Assembly (NCBI GenBank): GCA_002633005.1 | Contig: NMRA01000006.1 | Location: 1,979,675 to 2,043,674, forward strand | Length of the DNA stretch: 64,000 nucleotides | Source: Phoronis australis | Taxonomy: Eukaryota > Animalia > Phoronida | Direction of reading: 5' to 3' | Shown here: in pieces, positions 1-11,631 of the stretch | Numbering within the stretch: the stretch's first letter is position 1 | Layout of the letters: each line of letters begins with the position of its first letter | The notes under the pieces: generated by a model | The model's database searches: none | The model's input: the letters and a program-made list of their open reading frames with translations, nothing else | What the model was told of the DNA's origin: nothing | Program-made: the position numbers and the translations under genes

Positions 1-207
1 GGGTCAACATATGGTGGTCCCTGCCACCTCCTCTTAAGTTCATTCTTGCTAACTTTTCAGCCACAACAGTGCAAGTGCCATAAATTATGTAAGTCAAATC
101 TCACTATGAGCAAAATTACAACCTATTTACAACCCCCGAAAATGGGACAGACTAATTTCACAGGAAATAAGAGTCTTCTGATAGTAAGTGTCATTGCAGA
201 ACCTCCA

Positions 208-390
208 CAATTGACCTATCGTCAGGATTTTGAGTGACGGCTTAACTGACCAATCAGAATGCAGCATTCTTGACACACCTTCGTTTCCAAGCTGCCATTC
301 TACCCAACAAACAATATGCTACCACTGGAAAAACTTATTGTTTGTTTGTCGACATTTCGCAAGGGGGCGGAGCTTGTGATACGTCAATTG
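208..390. mobile_element. ~180 bp MITE, copy 1
   Basis: Terminal inverted repeats CAATTGACCTATC...GATACGTCAATTG; a second copy in opposite orientation lies at 5385-5564. Confidence 0.7.
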
Positions 391-682
391 CAAATAGGTT
401 TAATTCCTTCCCAAGGACATTCCTCGTTAGTAATGGAGAGAAGAGTTTTGTGAAATTGTTCCTGAGATAATATGCTCCATTTTGACTCTAATGGCTCAAA
501 CACATTATCATGCGTTAAAAGGCAATCACTTTCGCAAGTACATCCGCAAGTAACAAAATGCTGGGCAAACCGCCAGCAATGTGAACAGTGCAAGGTTTAT
601 TCACTGAGCTGCCACTTTACTTGTGGTTTGAGTTGCTCCAAAACTGTTGGCGTACTTCCCAAGCATTTTAGTAGCCATGCTG

Positions 683-1370
683 GTAGTGTAGCGTTACAAC
701 GATAAAACCCCTGCTGGTCACAGTGTTTGTATTGCTACAGTTTTCTAAGAATATAAGTCTAAACATGAGTATATTTTACCGGGTACCGATAAGCCTCACA
801 AAACACTTCACTGATGACGAGAGTAGGGGATGGGATGTAGTGTAGCGTTATAACGATACAACCCCCAGCATTATAACGATACGACCCCTAGTGGTCACAG
901 CATTTGTATTACTACAGTTTGCTACGAATATAAGTCTAAACGTGAATATATTTTACCCAGCACCAGGGATGGGATGTAGTGTAGTGTTATAACTACCGTA
1001 TACAACCCTTAGCATTATAACAATATGACCCCTGCAGTCACAGCGTTTGTATTATTACAGTTTTCCACTAAAATACAGAATATAAGTCTAAACGTGAATA
1101 TATTTTACCCAGTACCGGGGATGGGATGTAGTGTAGCGTTATAACAATACAACCCCTAGCGTTATAACGATACCACCCCTAGCAGTCACAGCGCTTGTAT
1201 TATTACAGTTTTCTACAAATATAAGCGTACACGACGTGAATATATTTTCCCAGAACCGATAAGCCTCACAAAACACTTCACTGGCGACAAGAGTAGGGGA
1301 TGGGACGTAGTGTAGCGTTATAACGACACAACACCTAGTGGTCACACCATTGGTATCATTAGTTTTCTAG
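683..1370. repeat. Degenerate tandem repeat, ~140-180 bp unit, ~4.5 copies
   Basis: Recurrent GTAGTGTAGCGTTATAAC...GTCACAGC...TATAAGTCTAAACGTGAATATATTTTACCC...GGGATGGGAT at ~683, 837, 976, 1127, 1307. Confidence 0.85.
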
Positions 1371-1814
1371 GAATGCGAAGCACCGGTTCCAGCTAGTTAT
1401 TACTAAAATTCTTTACACTGAACAAAAAATTTCACCTGATTGCTCAAAATGAATATTCAATTCCAAGTTCATGAACACACAGTCTTCATGCACAGCAAGC
1501 AGCCACACTGCTTACTTTATAGGCTTACATATACACAATGGAAAGCTCAAGTTACTTGTTAAACCTGTTGTGTTGATACTTCATTGCAGATAGTGAACAT
1601 GCTTGACACTGAATTCTGCTTTAGAAGCAGTGTGTAGGGGTAGAGTGAAAACAAAGTGCTGGCCAAATATGACCCCTTGTAGACAAAGTTTATGGGTCAC
1701 CCAATGTATCAGCCATCTTAAAACAAAAGCCAACATTGTATCATAAAATCTTGAAAACCTTATAATTTCAAGACTAAAGAATTCCTTGTTTTTATCAATT
1801 TTGATTGATTTTAA

Positions 1815-2190
1815 ATTGCTTGGAATTGAATTTAGACAAGATTTTGTGAGTTTTCCACAAAGTTATTGAGTTTTTTTACACAAACATATTCAGGTCATTG
1901 ACACTAGATTGCCAGACTTTTCTGAGAACACCAATCGAATTTTTCCGCTACTACTGTTTGGAAATCCAAGGTGATTTTTGCAACTGGATTATTAGCTTGT
2001 TTTTTTTTTCAATTTTAATTAATTTTTATTACTTGGAATTGAAATTGGACAAGATTCCATGAGTTCTCCACAAAGTTATTGAGTTTTTTTACACAAACAC
2101 TTTGAGGTCATTGACAGACTTCTTGGGAACATCGACAGAATTTTTTCACTACTATTTTTTGAAAATGCAAGGTGATTTTTGTACCTAGAT
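1815..2190. repeat. Local direct duplication (~215 bp spacing)
   Basis: CTTGGAATTGAA...CCACAAAGTTATTGAGTTTTTT...GGTCATTGACA...AAGGTGATTTTTG occurs twice. Confidence 0.75.
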
Positions 2191-3069
2191 TAAGGATCAT
2201 TACTCATTTCTATGTACTCTACAACATGCAAAAATCTGGTATCAACTGAATTTCAACTGCCGCATTCGCCAAACCCGGATCTAGCAACTTTCACACGCGG
2301 CACTTGACGAGAATCAATTTCCCGCGAGAAATAAAATGAACAGCAATAACTTGACGGTAAGAATGTGCCAATGCTCGGAGTCGTAACATCCTGCAGTTAC
2401 TTAGCACTGAAATATCCCTAATAAAGGAGTTGTATATTCTCCAAAATGATGTCATACTATACCCCTTGTGGCCACCCACTTCGTTCAATTTGTAGAAAGC
2501 GTTCAACTGAAGATTAAGGTAAAATTGACTAGAGGGAAGCCATATCTTAAAGCACCGCAAGGTGTGAGAAGAATAAATCGGAGTGCATTTCGTCGTGACT
2601 TATCCATTAAATCAGATGGTATCACGTGACACAAGACAATGAGGAAATATATCAGATGTTTACCTGCTTGAGGCTGCTTGTTAAAATAACCCTACCACAT
2701 CAACAGAAACCAATCATTGAAATCTTCAGTTACGCTCAACACCGGAAAGACTAGCTACAATAACATTAACTCAAGAATAAAAAATACCATTCTAAAGATC
2801 TTTGTTTCCAAACACTTCATATCACCAATATCCAGAGTTCTAGATCCGCTCATGCGTATTGTTGAACCTAAACTTTCCAGGAAACCCCATTTTTTCAACC
2901 AGCTGGTGTCCTAGCTTACCATCTGCCAATAAGGCAAATCCTGTTACAGGGTTTTAAATTCCACTCAAATTGTAGCAGACTAATAATGACGTCAAGACAG
3001 AAGTTTTAAGAGCACATTTTGACAACTGTTTTACATGCCGTTTACATTGAGGACTTAAAATCAATTTGA

Positions 3070-3578
3070 ACTCCCGTTCACAGCTCAAATCACTTTAAAT
3101 AAGAAGCGTATATAAATGCAGGCGGTTTAGCTTAAATCAATTCAGTCTAAACCTGTCCGAGGAGGTTGTTTCAAACTGATTTAACTTAAACTGATACTTA
3201 CCTCGCATTGATGAGTGAACACACTGATCGATTTGACTCAAATGGGGTAAATGGCATATACCTCCGCATGTGCAGATCTAGGTTCCAGAGTCTATCTTTG
3301 TCCAAAATTTCCCCACGTTAATTAAAGTATAAAAATAAATATTCTCTGGTTTTATATCCGTTGAAACACAAGCTATTAAGGCTGACGTGAAGACGTCCAA
3401 AACAATTCAATTGCCCGACACTTTATTAGTGTTAGGAAAGTGAAAACTGACCGTGCACTAGATTCTTTCGGCAGATTTCACAGCACTGATTCCGTCTTTG
3501 TAGTGTAGACGCGGAGACGAAGTGATTCAAGCAAATCTATTTAAAGCAAGTGATTCCAAGCTCTAATGTGAATGGAGT
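3070..3578. mobile_element. Probable degenerate MITE
   Basis: ACTCCCGTTCACA-GCTCAAATCAC-TTTAAATA at left is an imperfect inverted match to TATTTAAAGCAAGTGATTCCAAGCTCTAATGTGAATGGAGT at right. Confidence 0.45.
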
Positions 3579-4489
3579 AACACATACATACTGATCAAGA
3601 AAGCAAGTGACAGGTCAGCTGGGCCAGAAAGCCTGATAGGTGTTGAGATGTGCTTCTTCCATGCTTGGTAAAAACATCAGAGCAGATTGTAGCATCTACC
3701 ACTTACGACTAGCATTTCTTAAAAAAATCATCGAGGAGACTCTGCGTATTATTAAAAGGATGCTAAACCTGTTTCGATGATTTCAACAAATCTTCGTTCT
3801 GTCACTTTCTAATGCATCATTGGCATCAATCTTCCAAGTTAAAGGCAGCAATCAACAAAAAAATTACACTCCCTTTGTCACAGATTGGACATTATGGTCC
3901 ATCGTGGGTGGTCTTTTCCCACAGTTGCTGTATAACTCACTACAAGCGTAGGTTAAGCTTGCTCGTTTAATAGACTTTGAAAGAAGTTTTCAATTTTTTT
4001 TCAAACTTTTGAGGGTTATCGAGGGTTACAGAGCATTATTTTGTTCCACAGAACTGGATGGGAAAGTCGTTTTCAGTACCTATTAATGGGCCAAAACTGG
4101 GTTTGTTACCCACTCTGGTGTAAGGCCGGGCTGCAACACAGACTATTACCATACTCTTCCAAGTTAACGCCTACAATGGACTTAACACCCACCCACCAAA
4201 ATTTCAAAAGTGTTCACTTTTAACAGGTCTATTTGTGGTTAAATAACAGTTCTCAATTTCTACAACAAACACATCTTTGAAAGCTTTATGAAATCCTGCC
4301 TAGTGTGAATTTCATGTCCCAAAAGGTACAAAACTGCCAAACTTTTGACTAACGAAAAGGGAGACGTTCTGCAACACCTAGCCCAAATCTGAAAATACAA
4401 GTACTCTCCCACTACACTTCATTTGTAGCCCAGTTTAGACAATAACTTTGACATGGGGCAACTGAGACGATCGGTGTCAAGCAGACGTT

Positions 4490-4531
4490 TACACACACAC
4501 ACACACACACACCCACACACACACACACACA
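4490..4531. repeat. (CA)n microsatellite
   Basis: Direct observation, one interruption. Confidence 0.95.
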
Positions 4532-5002
4532 TTACCCAGAAATGGTGACAAGGCAGACGTTGTACGCAGGAATGTGGAGTACTCGTTTTTAAAATTGCAA
4601 ATTGCGGGGAGTGACACTTCATTATTATAATTCATTATCAATAATAATACTATTATTAATGTTGATGTTGTTATTGTGCTTCTAATTCAGTCAGTGTATG
4701 TAATACGCGAAATTGAGTTTTGCTTCAATGATTTTTTGGATCAGCTGATTAAAGTTTTTACCAGTAGGCCTACTGTACATAACCAAACCAAGCATTTGAA
4801 TTGAACCCAGTCTTGACTGTTAACTACGTGTAATTTTCTGACAATTTACTGACAAAATAAATTGTAGTCAGGATAAAAGTTTAAAGACTAGGCAAAGAAC
4901 AGCTGACTGGCAAATCGCAGAAACTGCGCGAGATTGGTCACCTATATATATGTGCGTTTTAACACAAGCACAGTAGAGATGATCCCTTCCGCCTTTCCCT
5001 AG

Positions 5003-5197
5003 TTTCCTGTTTAGACATTTAGTTTACAGGAAGTAAGATGATTGGGCGCAACTTGCTCTGCCTCACATACGGAAGACAAAAGTTGTCACCGTGGTGTCAA
5101 CTTGCTCCATGACAGTCCTCTTTACAAACATACTTGCGCCCAATCATCTCGTTTCATGTCAGGTGATCTGTGTCAACTTTTGTAGTGTAAACAGGAC
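5003..5197. mobile_element. Small palindromic MITE-like element
   Basis: CCTGTTTAGACA / TGTAAACAGG termini and inner AGATGATTGGGCGCAA / TTGCGCCCAATCATCT inverted pair. Confidence 0.5.
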
Positions 5198-5384
5198 TTA
5201 CGACTCTTCACACTAGTCTGGTGTAAATGCAGCACAATGAGCACTTACAAGAATCGACCGTAAGTTAACACCCATCGTCTGACTTTTCAAAAATGATGTT
5301 TTTAATTCCTCACACTGAACGATCCCCATCCCCTGCTTTTTGAGTCCAGTCCCTAATTTGAGCGTTCAAAGCGTTACCCCCAAA

Positions 5385-5564
5385 AATTGACCTATCGCAA
5401 GCTCTGCCCCCTTGCGAAATGTCGAAAAAACAACCAATAAGTTTTACCTGGCAATGTGTTGTTTGAAGGGTAAATGGCGGCTAGGAAACGGAGGCGTGTC
5501 AAGAATGCAGCGTACTGATTGGTCAGTTAAGCCGTCACTCAAAATCCTGGCGATAGGTCAGTTG
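5385..5564. mobile_element. ~180 bp MITE, copy 2 (inverted relative to 208-390)
   Basis: AATTGACCTATCG...CGATAGGTCAGTT; the interior is the reverse complement of 208-390 (e.g. CTGATTGGTCAGTTAAGCCGTCACTCAAAATCCTG). Confidence 0.7.
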
Positions 5565-6883
5565 TAAGAACACAAATGTAAGATACTCAATCGTCTAAAC
5601 AAAAGCTAAAAAAAGCCAATAAGAACACACAAAATCAATTCTTCATTAGTAAGCCTCAGTTTGATGAGCGACAGTTGGAACTATAGTTTTACTGACAAGA
5701 AACCAGTTTTTGAAAGTAAGGATTTTACGAGGACAATCTGGAGACTTCAACTGAATGATAATCTCATCTGGTTTAATTTTAAAGGTGAAAATACTAATAA
5801 GAATATCATGTCAAGGAAGTTGTATCGTCATGAGAGGATTTAGCCTAAACTTGACAAACAAATCAATATTGATCAACAGATACCTACAATTCAGGTTTAG
5901 TATGCACTATGATTTCTTGGAATGCTAATCAAACTGAATGGTAGGTCAAGTCACCTAATGACAAAGTAGAGACTAGGAAAAACACATTCTTGTGTAACTA
6001 CACTCTTCAAACCCAAACACCAATAGTACAGAACAAGACATGCCAAGGAAACGCAAATTATGAACACAGACAGAACAACACGGTTTATGACAGCCAAAAT
6101 TTGAACACCGCATATGCTACCAGAAACGGACCTCTACATCAAACTTCAACCAAAAACAATGGGTGTGAGTCAAGGGCAGATTCACGTTTTGTGTTGATTT
6201 CGTGACAATAAGACTTAAAAGCAATCTGTATCAGATAACAAAGAAAGTAAATCTAAAAAATTAAATTGTCAAGAACCGTCAAGAAATTCTAACACCGAAT
6301 CAGTACAAAGGTAGTATAGACTGATTAAGCACTTGACTCAAAATCTTCAGTATGTCCACCACCTTTGGTCAACAAAGGGTTTTTTTCGTAACTGGTAAAG
6401 TATATTTTTCCCTAATTCAATATTTCTAAAATTTGAATCTTACAACTTGACATCAATAGAGCCTAGGGACTTTTTATGGAATTCAAGAAATATACAATTT
6501 GCAGAAAAATCTTCTCCCGACCAGCTGTTTCTAAAATTCAAGTTGAAAATGAGTTATGTCCGTGACTAGGAGTAAATTACAAAATAGTTTCCATGGAAAT
6601 CTTAACCTATGCTCTGGGCCATGTTTAAAATCTTGAGCCATGTTTGAACCCGTTTAGCTTTTTTATGTTTGTTACACAAATTTGAAATAGCATAGTACTT
6701 AATATTTTAATTCTTTTGCAAAAGAATAAAAATGATGTGGTCAGCAACTGAAAATAATGGAGTAGCTACGTTGTGTCAATCTGTGCATTAGCTGCAAACT
6801 GATAATGAGCACTTTGAGCCTCATACAGTTTTATGTAAGTCATGGAAGTTTGTCATAATCTTTCCAAGACATACCTCTCATAA

Positions 6884-7361
6884 GGGCCTTTCATACTAAC
6901 GTCGACGCGTGGATTTGGGGTCAGTATGAACGCTTAGTTTCGGTCTTGAATCAAAGTTAACAGTGCCAGTTAACTTCGAAGTAAACAGGTGAATTTAAGA
7001 GTGGAGCGTCAACGGTGTGGTGCAGTATGAACGGTCGCTCCCATCCAAGTTATGGCCACGTGCCACTGTTATTGTCAACAATTACGGGGTAGTGTTGTGG
7101 CTAATAGTTGCTAATATTTTGGTCTAATAATCGCCAATCTAATTAAAAATAAGTTTTATGCAAATTAGCCCATGTAAATGTTCCAAAATTGTCACATTAA
7201 AAAAATCTTAGCGTGCAGCGCTACCTTGCGATTACTTCGATGGCAAAAGTGTCACCTACCAATTACTTCGAAGTCCGTTAACTACCAAAGCCAGTATGAA
7301 TGGTTAAGTTAACTTCGCAGTTTACATTTACACTCCGCTCAGACGGGAGTATCAAAAGGCC
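6884..7361. mobile_element. Probable PIF/Harbinger-like MITE
   Basis: GGCCTTTCATACT...AGTATCAAAAGGCC imperfect TIRs, TAA at the left flank, repeated internal TTAACTTCG/TTACTTCG motifs. Superfamily is inferred. Confidence 0.45.
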
Positions 7362-7370
7362 TGAATACTG

Positions 7371-7656
7371 TAATAAAGGGAATGGCAGTACTTTCTACCC
7401 AAATCTAATTATATCTGTTGGACGTCTTGTGAGATTCTCAATCTGGCCATGTAGCATTACAAGCTTGTCAATCACTAACTACCCTGTGATTGCCTGGTGT
7501 CCGGCCTTCAATTTCACCATCAATGAATGACCACAATCGAAGGTCGGGCAACAGCCAATCACGGCATAGCTAGTGATTGACAAGCACGCCACGCAGTGGT
7601 GAGGTTGAGAACCTCACGACAATTATGGCTGATAGCAGTTCCAAATACCTTTATTA
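7371..7656. mobile_element. ~290 bp foldback (whole-length palindromic) MITE
   Basis: Nested inverted pairs TAATAAAGG/CCTTTATTA, GTGAGATTCTCAA/TTGAGAACCTCAC, GCTTGTCAATCACTA/TAGTGATTGACAAGC, CCGGCCTTC/GAAGGTCGG around ~7523. Confidence 0.7.
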
Positions 7657-8611
7657 TATTTTTAGTATATGAGAACCATGAGTTAAAAAAATCATAATAA
7701 GGAGCTAAAAAGATCGAAACTATGCCTCACACTAATTAAACCATCAAATCTACGCTGTTATGAGTACGTTTTGCACATAAAAGGGACACCTCAGGAGGCC
7801 ACTGATGTTTTTAATTCCTTCCAACTAGACCAAATACTCCCGTAATCAAAGTTTTTTGGAGCAGTCCTTTGGCCACTTTTACACTGCTCGCGCCAGCGGA
7901 TATGAAGGACCTGTGGGACGGCCAGTATCTACCACTAAGTTAGTAGAGGTTTTATTGTCTACCCTTGCTTTTGACACTCAGTTCGCGCTGGACATTCACT
8001 GGCATAGCCTTGGTGAAAAGCTACTAAGTATACAGCTTTGCGCCAATAATTAACTGACCAGATAAAATCTGGAAAATCTGACAAAATTAGTGTCATTAAA
8101 AACTACACTCTTTCCCATTTTGAGGAATCACGCATGTTGACGAATAAAAAGACCAAGGGACACAAGTCTTACAAATTTCCCCTAATAGTGATACCTTCTA
8201 ATGCCTTTTTGCAAGCGTCAGGTGCTACACTCAGTCTCGCGCTAGACTTTGCCTATAACTCATGTGAGTCAGTTGACATACTTTGTGGTTATCGCGCGCA
8301 TGGTGAAAAAGTTAACGGCAACCAAAAAAGTGGAGTTGGAATTCTTCGCCAACGTCACCTTAATTCTCAAAACTAAGCTTCATCGAAGATATGTATAGAA
8401 GTAGAAAATACCAATGATGAAAGTAAGCGCTTCAGTTTTTAAGTGATAGTTTTAAGTGTGGAATGTATTTTTAACAAAGTGAAAACTCAAAATTGGTGGC
8501 CAGATTTGGCCTACCACCCATTTGAAACACATGGAACGAAATGTGAACAGAAAGCAATGGGAAGTATAGTAGCCCCTAACCGGCCAACCGAGGGGTTACG
8601 TGTTGCCTATA

Positions 8612-10290
8612 CAGGGATATACTAAGCCACTCGCTCAGTCGCCAATGCGAGTAAAAATGGTGCTGGGCGAGTAGAAATTGACTTGCTGGGCACCCAGGTG
8701 GTGAGCGAATTTTCAGAGCACAAAAGCACTATATCGTTTCCCAGATGAACATGAATAAATTTTCTCCTCCTTGTGCTGTTTTTATCATGAATTTAAGGTT
8801 CAGTTTGGCCAGTGTGTCGATGCTCCAGCAGTAAAAAACATCGTCGCAATGCGATATTACCGATTCAGAAGATGTCACCCATTATGCGATTCGTCTAGAA
8901 AAAAGATCACAGTGTGTGGTCGTGCACAAAGAAATTTGTGGACTAGTCCAAAACGAAGAAAAGGGGGAAAGGCGGAAGACCGGTCCACGTGCTTACAGCA
9001 AGTAAAATACCATATTTCTTGGGACTGATTTCTTATTGTAATGTACAATGTCATTTTATCCAAAATTATTTCATAAATAAGAAACATTCGCCGTAATAAG
9101 CGCTCATACCCCTATAAGAGTCCCCCACTCGTTTTCAGACTTCGCTAAAATAAGCGCCCAGTCCATGAACGTCAGGTGTACATATGTGAAAAATACCTTA
9201 CCTACAGTTCTAAAATTCTACAGTAACGTTTTCAATTTATCAATAACATCTGACAGTCCTGAAAAATCATTGTGTGCAGAATTTCTACACCATGAGCCTC
9301 GCCGCTATGTTGGTATTTAGCTGGGGCTGTACCTTTCAAACTCCCGCAGTGCTTTAGAAAGACTGCAAAAAGTTTTGCTAATCAAGATGCGAGGAACGTG
9401 TCCCACTATGATCAGGCCTTTCAGAACAGACACAGTGTACTGCTCAACGGAATTGTATTGTATCTTTCCCGTACAGATCTTCTCCCTCAACGGGAATCTA
9501 GATTGCTTTGTACACGTAAAAACCACGAATCGAAACTTGACCAGCGATGAGCAGGTGGCCAAGAAGCGCGCGCTAGGGCCTACATAATGTAGGCCTGCTA
9601 CTCTGGCACATGAACTCTGATGACACGCACGCGCTTGCTCACTCGGCGCACACCTGCAGACTAACGTCAAAACAAACCGTCACGTGACAACAACATGTGT
9701 GTTCGTCCAGATTTTTCTCGTGTTGCGGGGTCTAGCGCAGATTTGGCCCGGACTTAACCTGCGGTTAGTCCTGACTCCACAGGAACTTAAAAATCTTAAG
9801 GACGCTATATGGAAAACTTAAGGAGGATTTCAGGTAATTTGTTAAGTTGAAACTGTATTTTTACTCAAGAATTCAAGTTGCCCTATCGCTGATCGCGAGG
9901 CAGCAACGCATCAGTTGGCAAGTTTTCGCCCTAGGAGTTCAGCATATTTTTTTAAAAGATCGTAATTCAACAACAAAGTTTGATAGCAATGCACCACAGT
10001 TTTGTAGAAAGTCTGGCATTAGTTACAGATACGTCACAGCGCATAAATTTGATGAATCCTAGCTTCCAATTTCACCCGTTTCAGAGACCGGGTTTCAACC
10101 GCCTTAGGCTACAACAAGCGACCCTCCCCTCCGAAAGGATTTTTTCTAAGCACCCTGGGCACTTATTAGGGCGAATACAGTAGCCCTAATTGATGCTGAC
10201 ATCAACGCAGGAAACGATGATTTTTATTTACACTGGTAGCAAGTTTTTGGTGACAGACGCAAACGGTTTTAAAACCTGTGTATATCCCTG
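8612..10290. mobile_element. Possible hAT-like non-autonomous element hosting a nested insertion
   Basis: CAGGGATATAC at 8612 and GTATATCCCTG ending at 10290; no 8-bp TSD is visible. Confidence 0.4.
9086..10182. mobile_element. Non-autonomous TIR element (TA-flanked, Tc1/mariner/pogo-like termini) containing a decayed HIRAN-like coding fragment
   Basis: ATTCGCCGTAATAAGCGC at left vs GCACTTATTAGGGCGAATACAGTA at right; 9890-10182 recurs inverted at 63710-64000. Confidence 0.65.
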
Positions 10291-10303
10291 CAATACCCAG
10301 CTG

Positions 10304-11035
10304 TATTTTGACAACAGTCTTCATACAGATGGCTACTACTAGTAGCTGGCTGACTAGCTGGCTGGCTATTTTACATATTGATACAAATTTTACGGTGAGG
10401 TAACAAGCAAAACTACCTGGGCTGTGTGCAATTTCGATGTTTGTCGGAGCTCAACACACAGTGGTACCTAACGTATTTTGGCGATTGTCTTCATCTAGCT
10501 GGCTTCACTGACACAGAGACTCACTCACTCAGTCACTGAATTAGTTCAGACTTCAGTACTTAAATTACTTGACATATTGGACCTGCGGTATCATTTATCT
10601 TGCGTCCAATTCATCAAAAAGTCCTGCAAGGTTTACAATAACATACCATTAAATAATTACATCTTGCATGAGCCGATATTGTTCGACGCGAATGTAGTTG
10701 TGGATCTTTTGTTTCACCTGCCATCAATTCTCCAAATAAAAACTGCGACCTTGACCCTTCGAGGACATCTGTTGGTATTTGACGGGAGCGCTGTCTATCG
10801 ATGGAGTCGTGAGTCACGTCTAAGCTCGTTTCCAGAAAAAAATTAGCGAGAATTGCCAATTGTATTTTAAGGTACATTTTAAAGAGGTGTCTAAAGGTGA
10901 ATTCCTTTATTTGGAATTTCCAATGACGAAATTTTCACTTTGAATTTTGACTGGTTTTTACATTTAACTTGAATCCCCTGTTTCAGCGTAATTTGTAGCC
11001 AGCCAGCTAGCTGTATGAAGACTGTCGTCAAAATA
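10304..11035. mobile_element. ~730 bp MITE
   Basis: 25-bp TIRs TATTTTGACAACAGTCTTCATACAG / CTGTATGAAGACTGTCGTCAAAATA (1 mismatch), with sub-terminal TAGCTGGCTG motifs. Confidence 0.75.
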
Positions 11036-11631
11036 AATTTATATACAGCTTTGTAATTTGGTACATGCGCGGTGCGAATTCGCCTACAAAAATGCCGGGG
11101 CCGACACGCTCAGTAACTTCGGATTCTACAGGGTATCGTTTCTGTATCTAGTAAGGGTCTCACCTTTTTAACTATATCGGGTCTCGTTTCTATCCGGTTA
11201 GAGTCTCGACTTTAGCTTCGATTTAGGATCAACTTTGACTTACAGAATTTTCATTTACTTTGCGATTTCGGAGCCGATCCAATTAAACTGAGGTTACAAT
11301 GGAGACGGAAGCTAAAGATGTGCTGTAAGTTTGTACATTTTGATTTTATATTTAGCGCAGAATAAACTCATTTTATATATCTACTTCGGCTTATTTCACT
11401 TACTCTTTATAATTTGTTACGATGGTTCACTCATATGCGATGCGAGGGAGTTAAAAACTGATTACAAAACGCAACAATTATTTTTATCGCCGGGCTACGG
11501 TCGGTGCTGGTCGATCCATCGGTTCCCGTTACATTTGGTGCTGTGGCCCGGATGAACCTGTGGTGATAACTTAATTATACTTAAGGAGAATGCCACTCGA
11601 TCGTAATGATCCGTTATGATCACCTCGTATA

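Noticed and set aside
6587-6600. X-box-like GTTTCCATGGAAAT
   Set aside because: About 12 kb from the dynein start in repeat-like sequence, with no promoter context.
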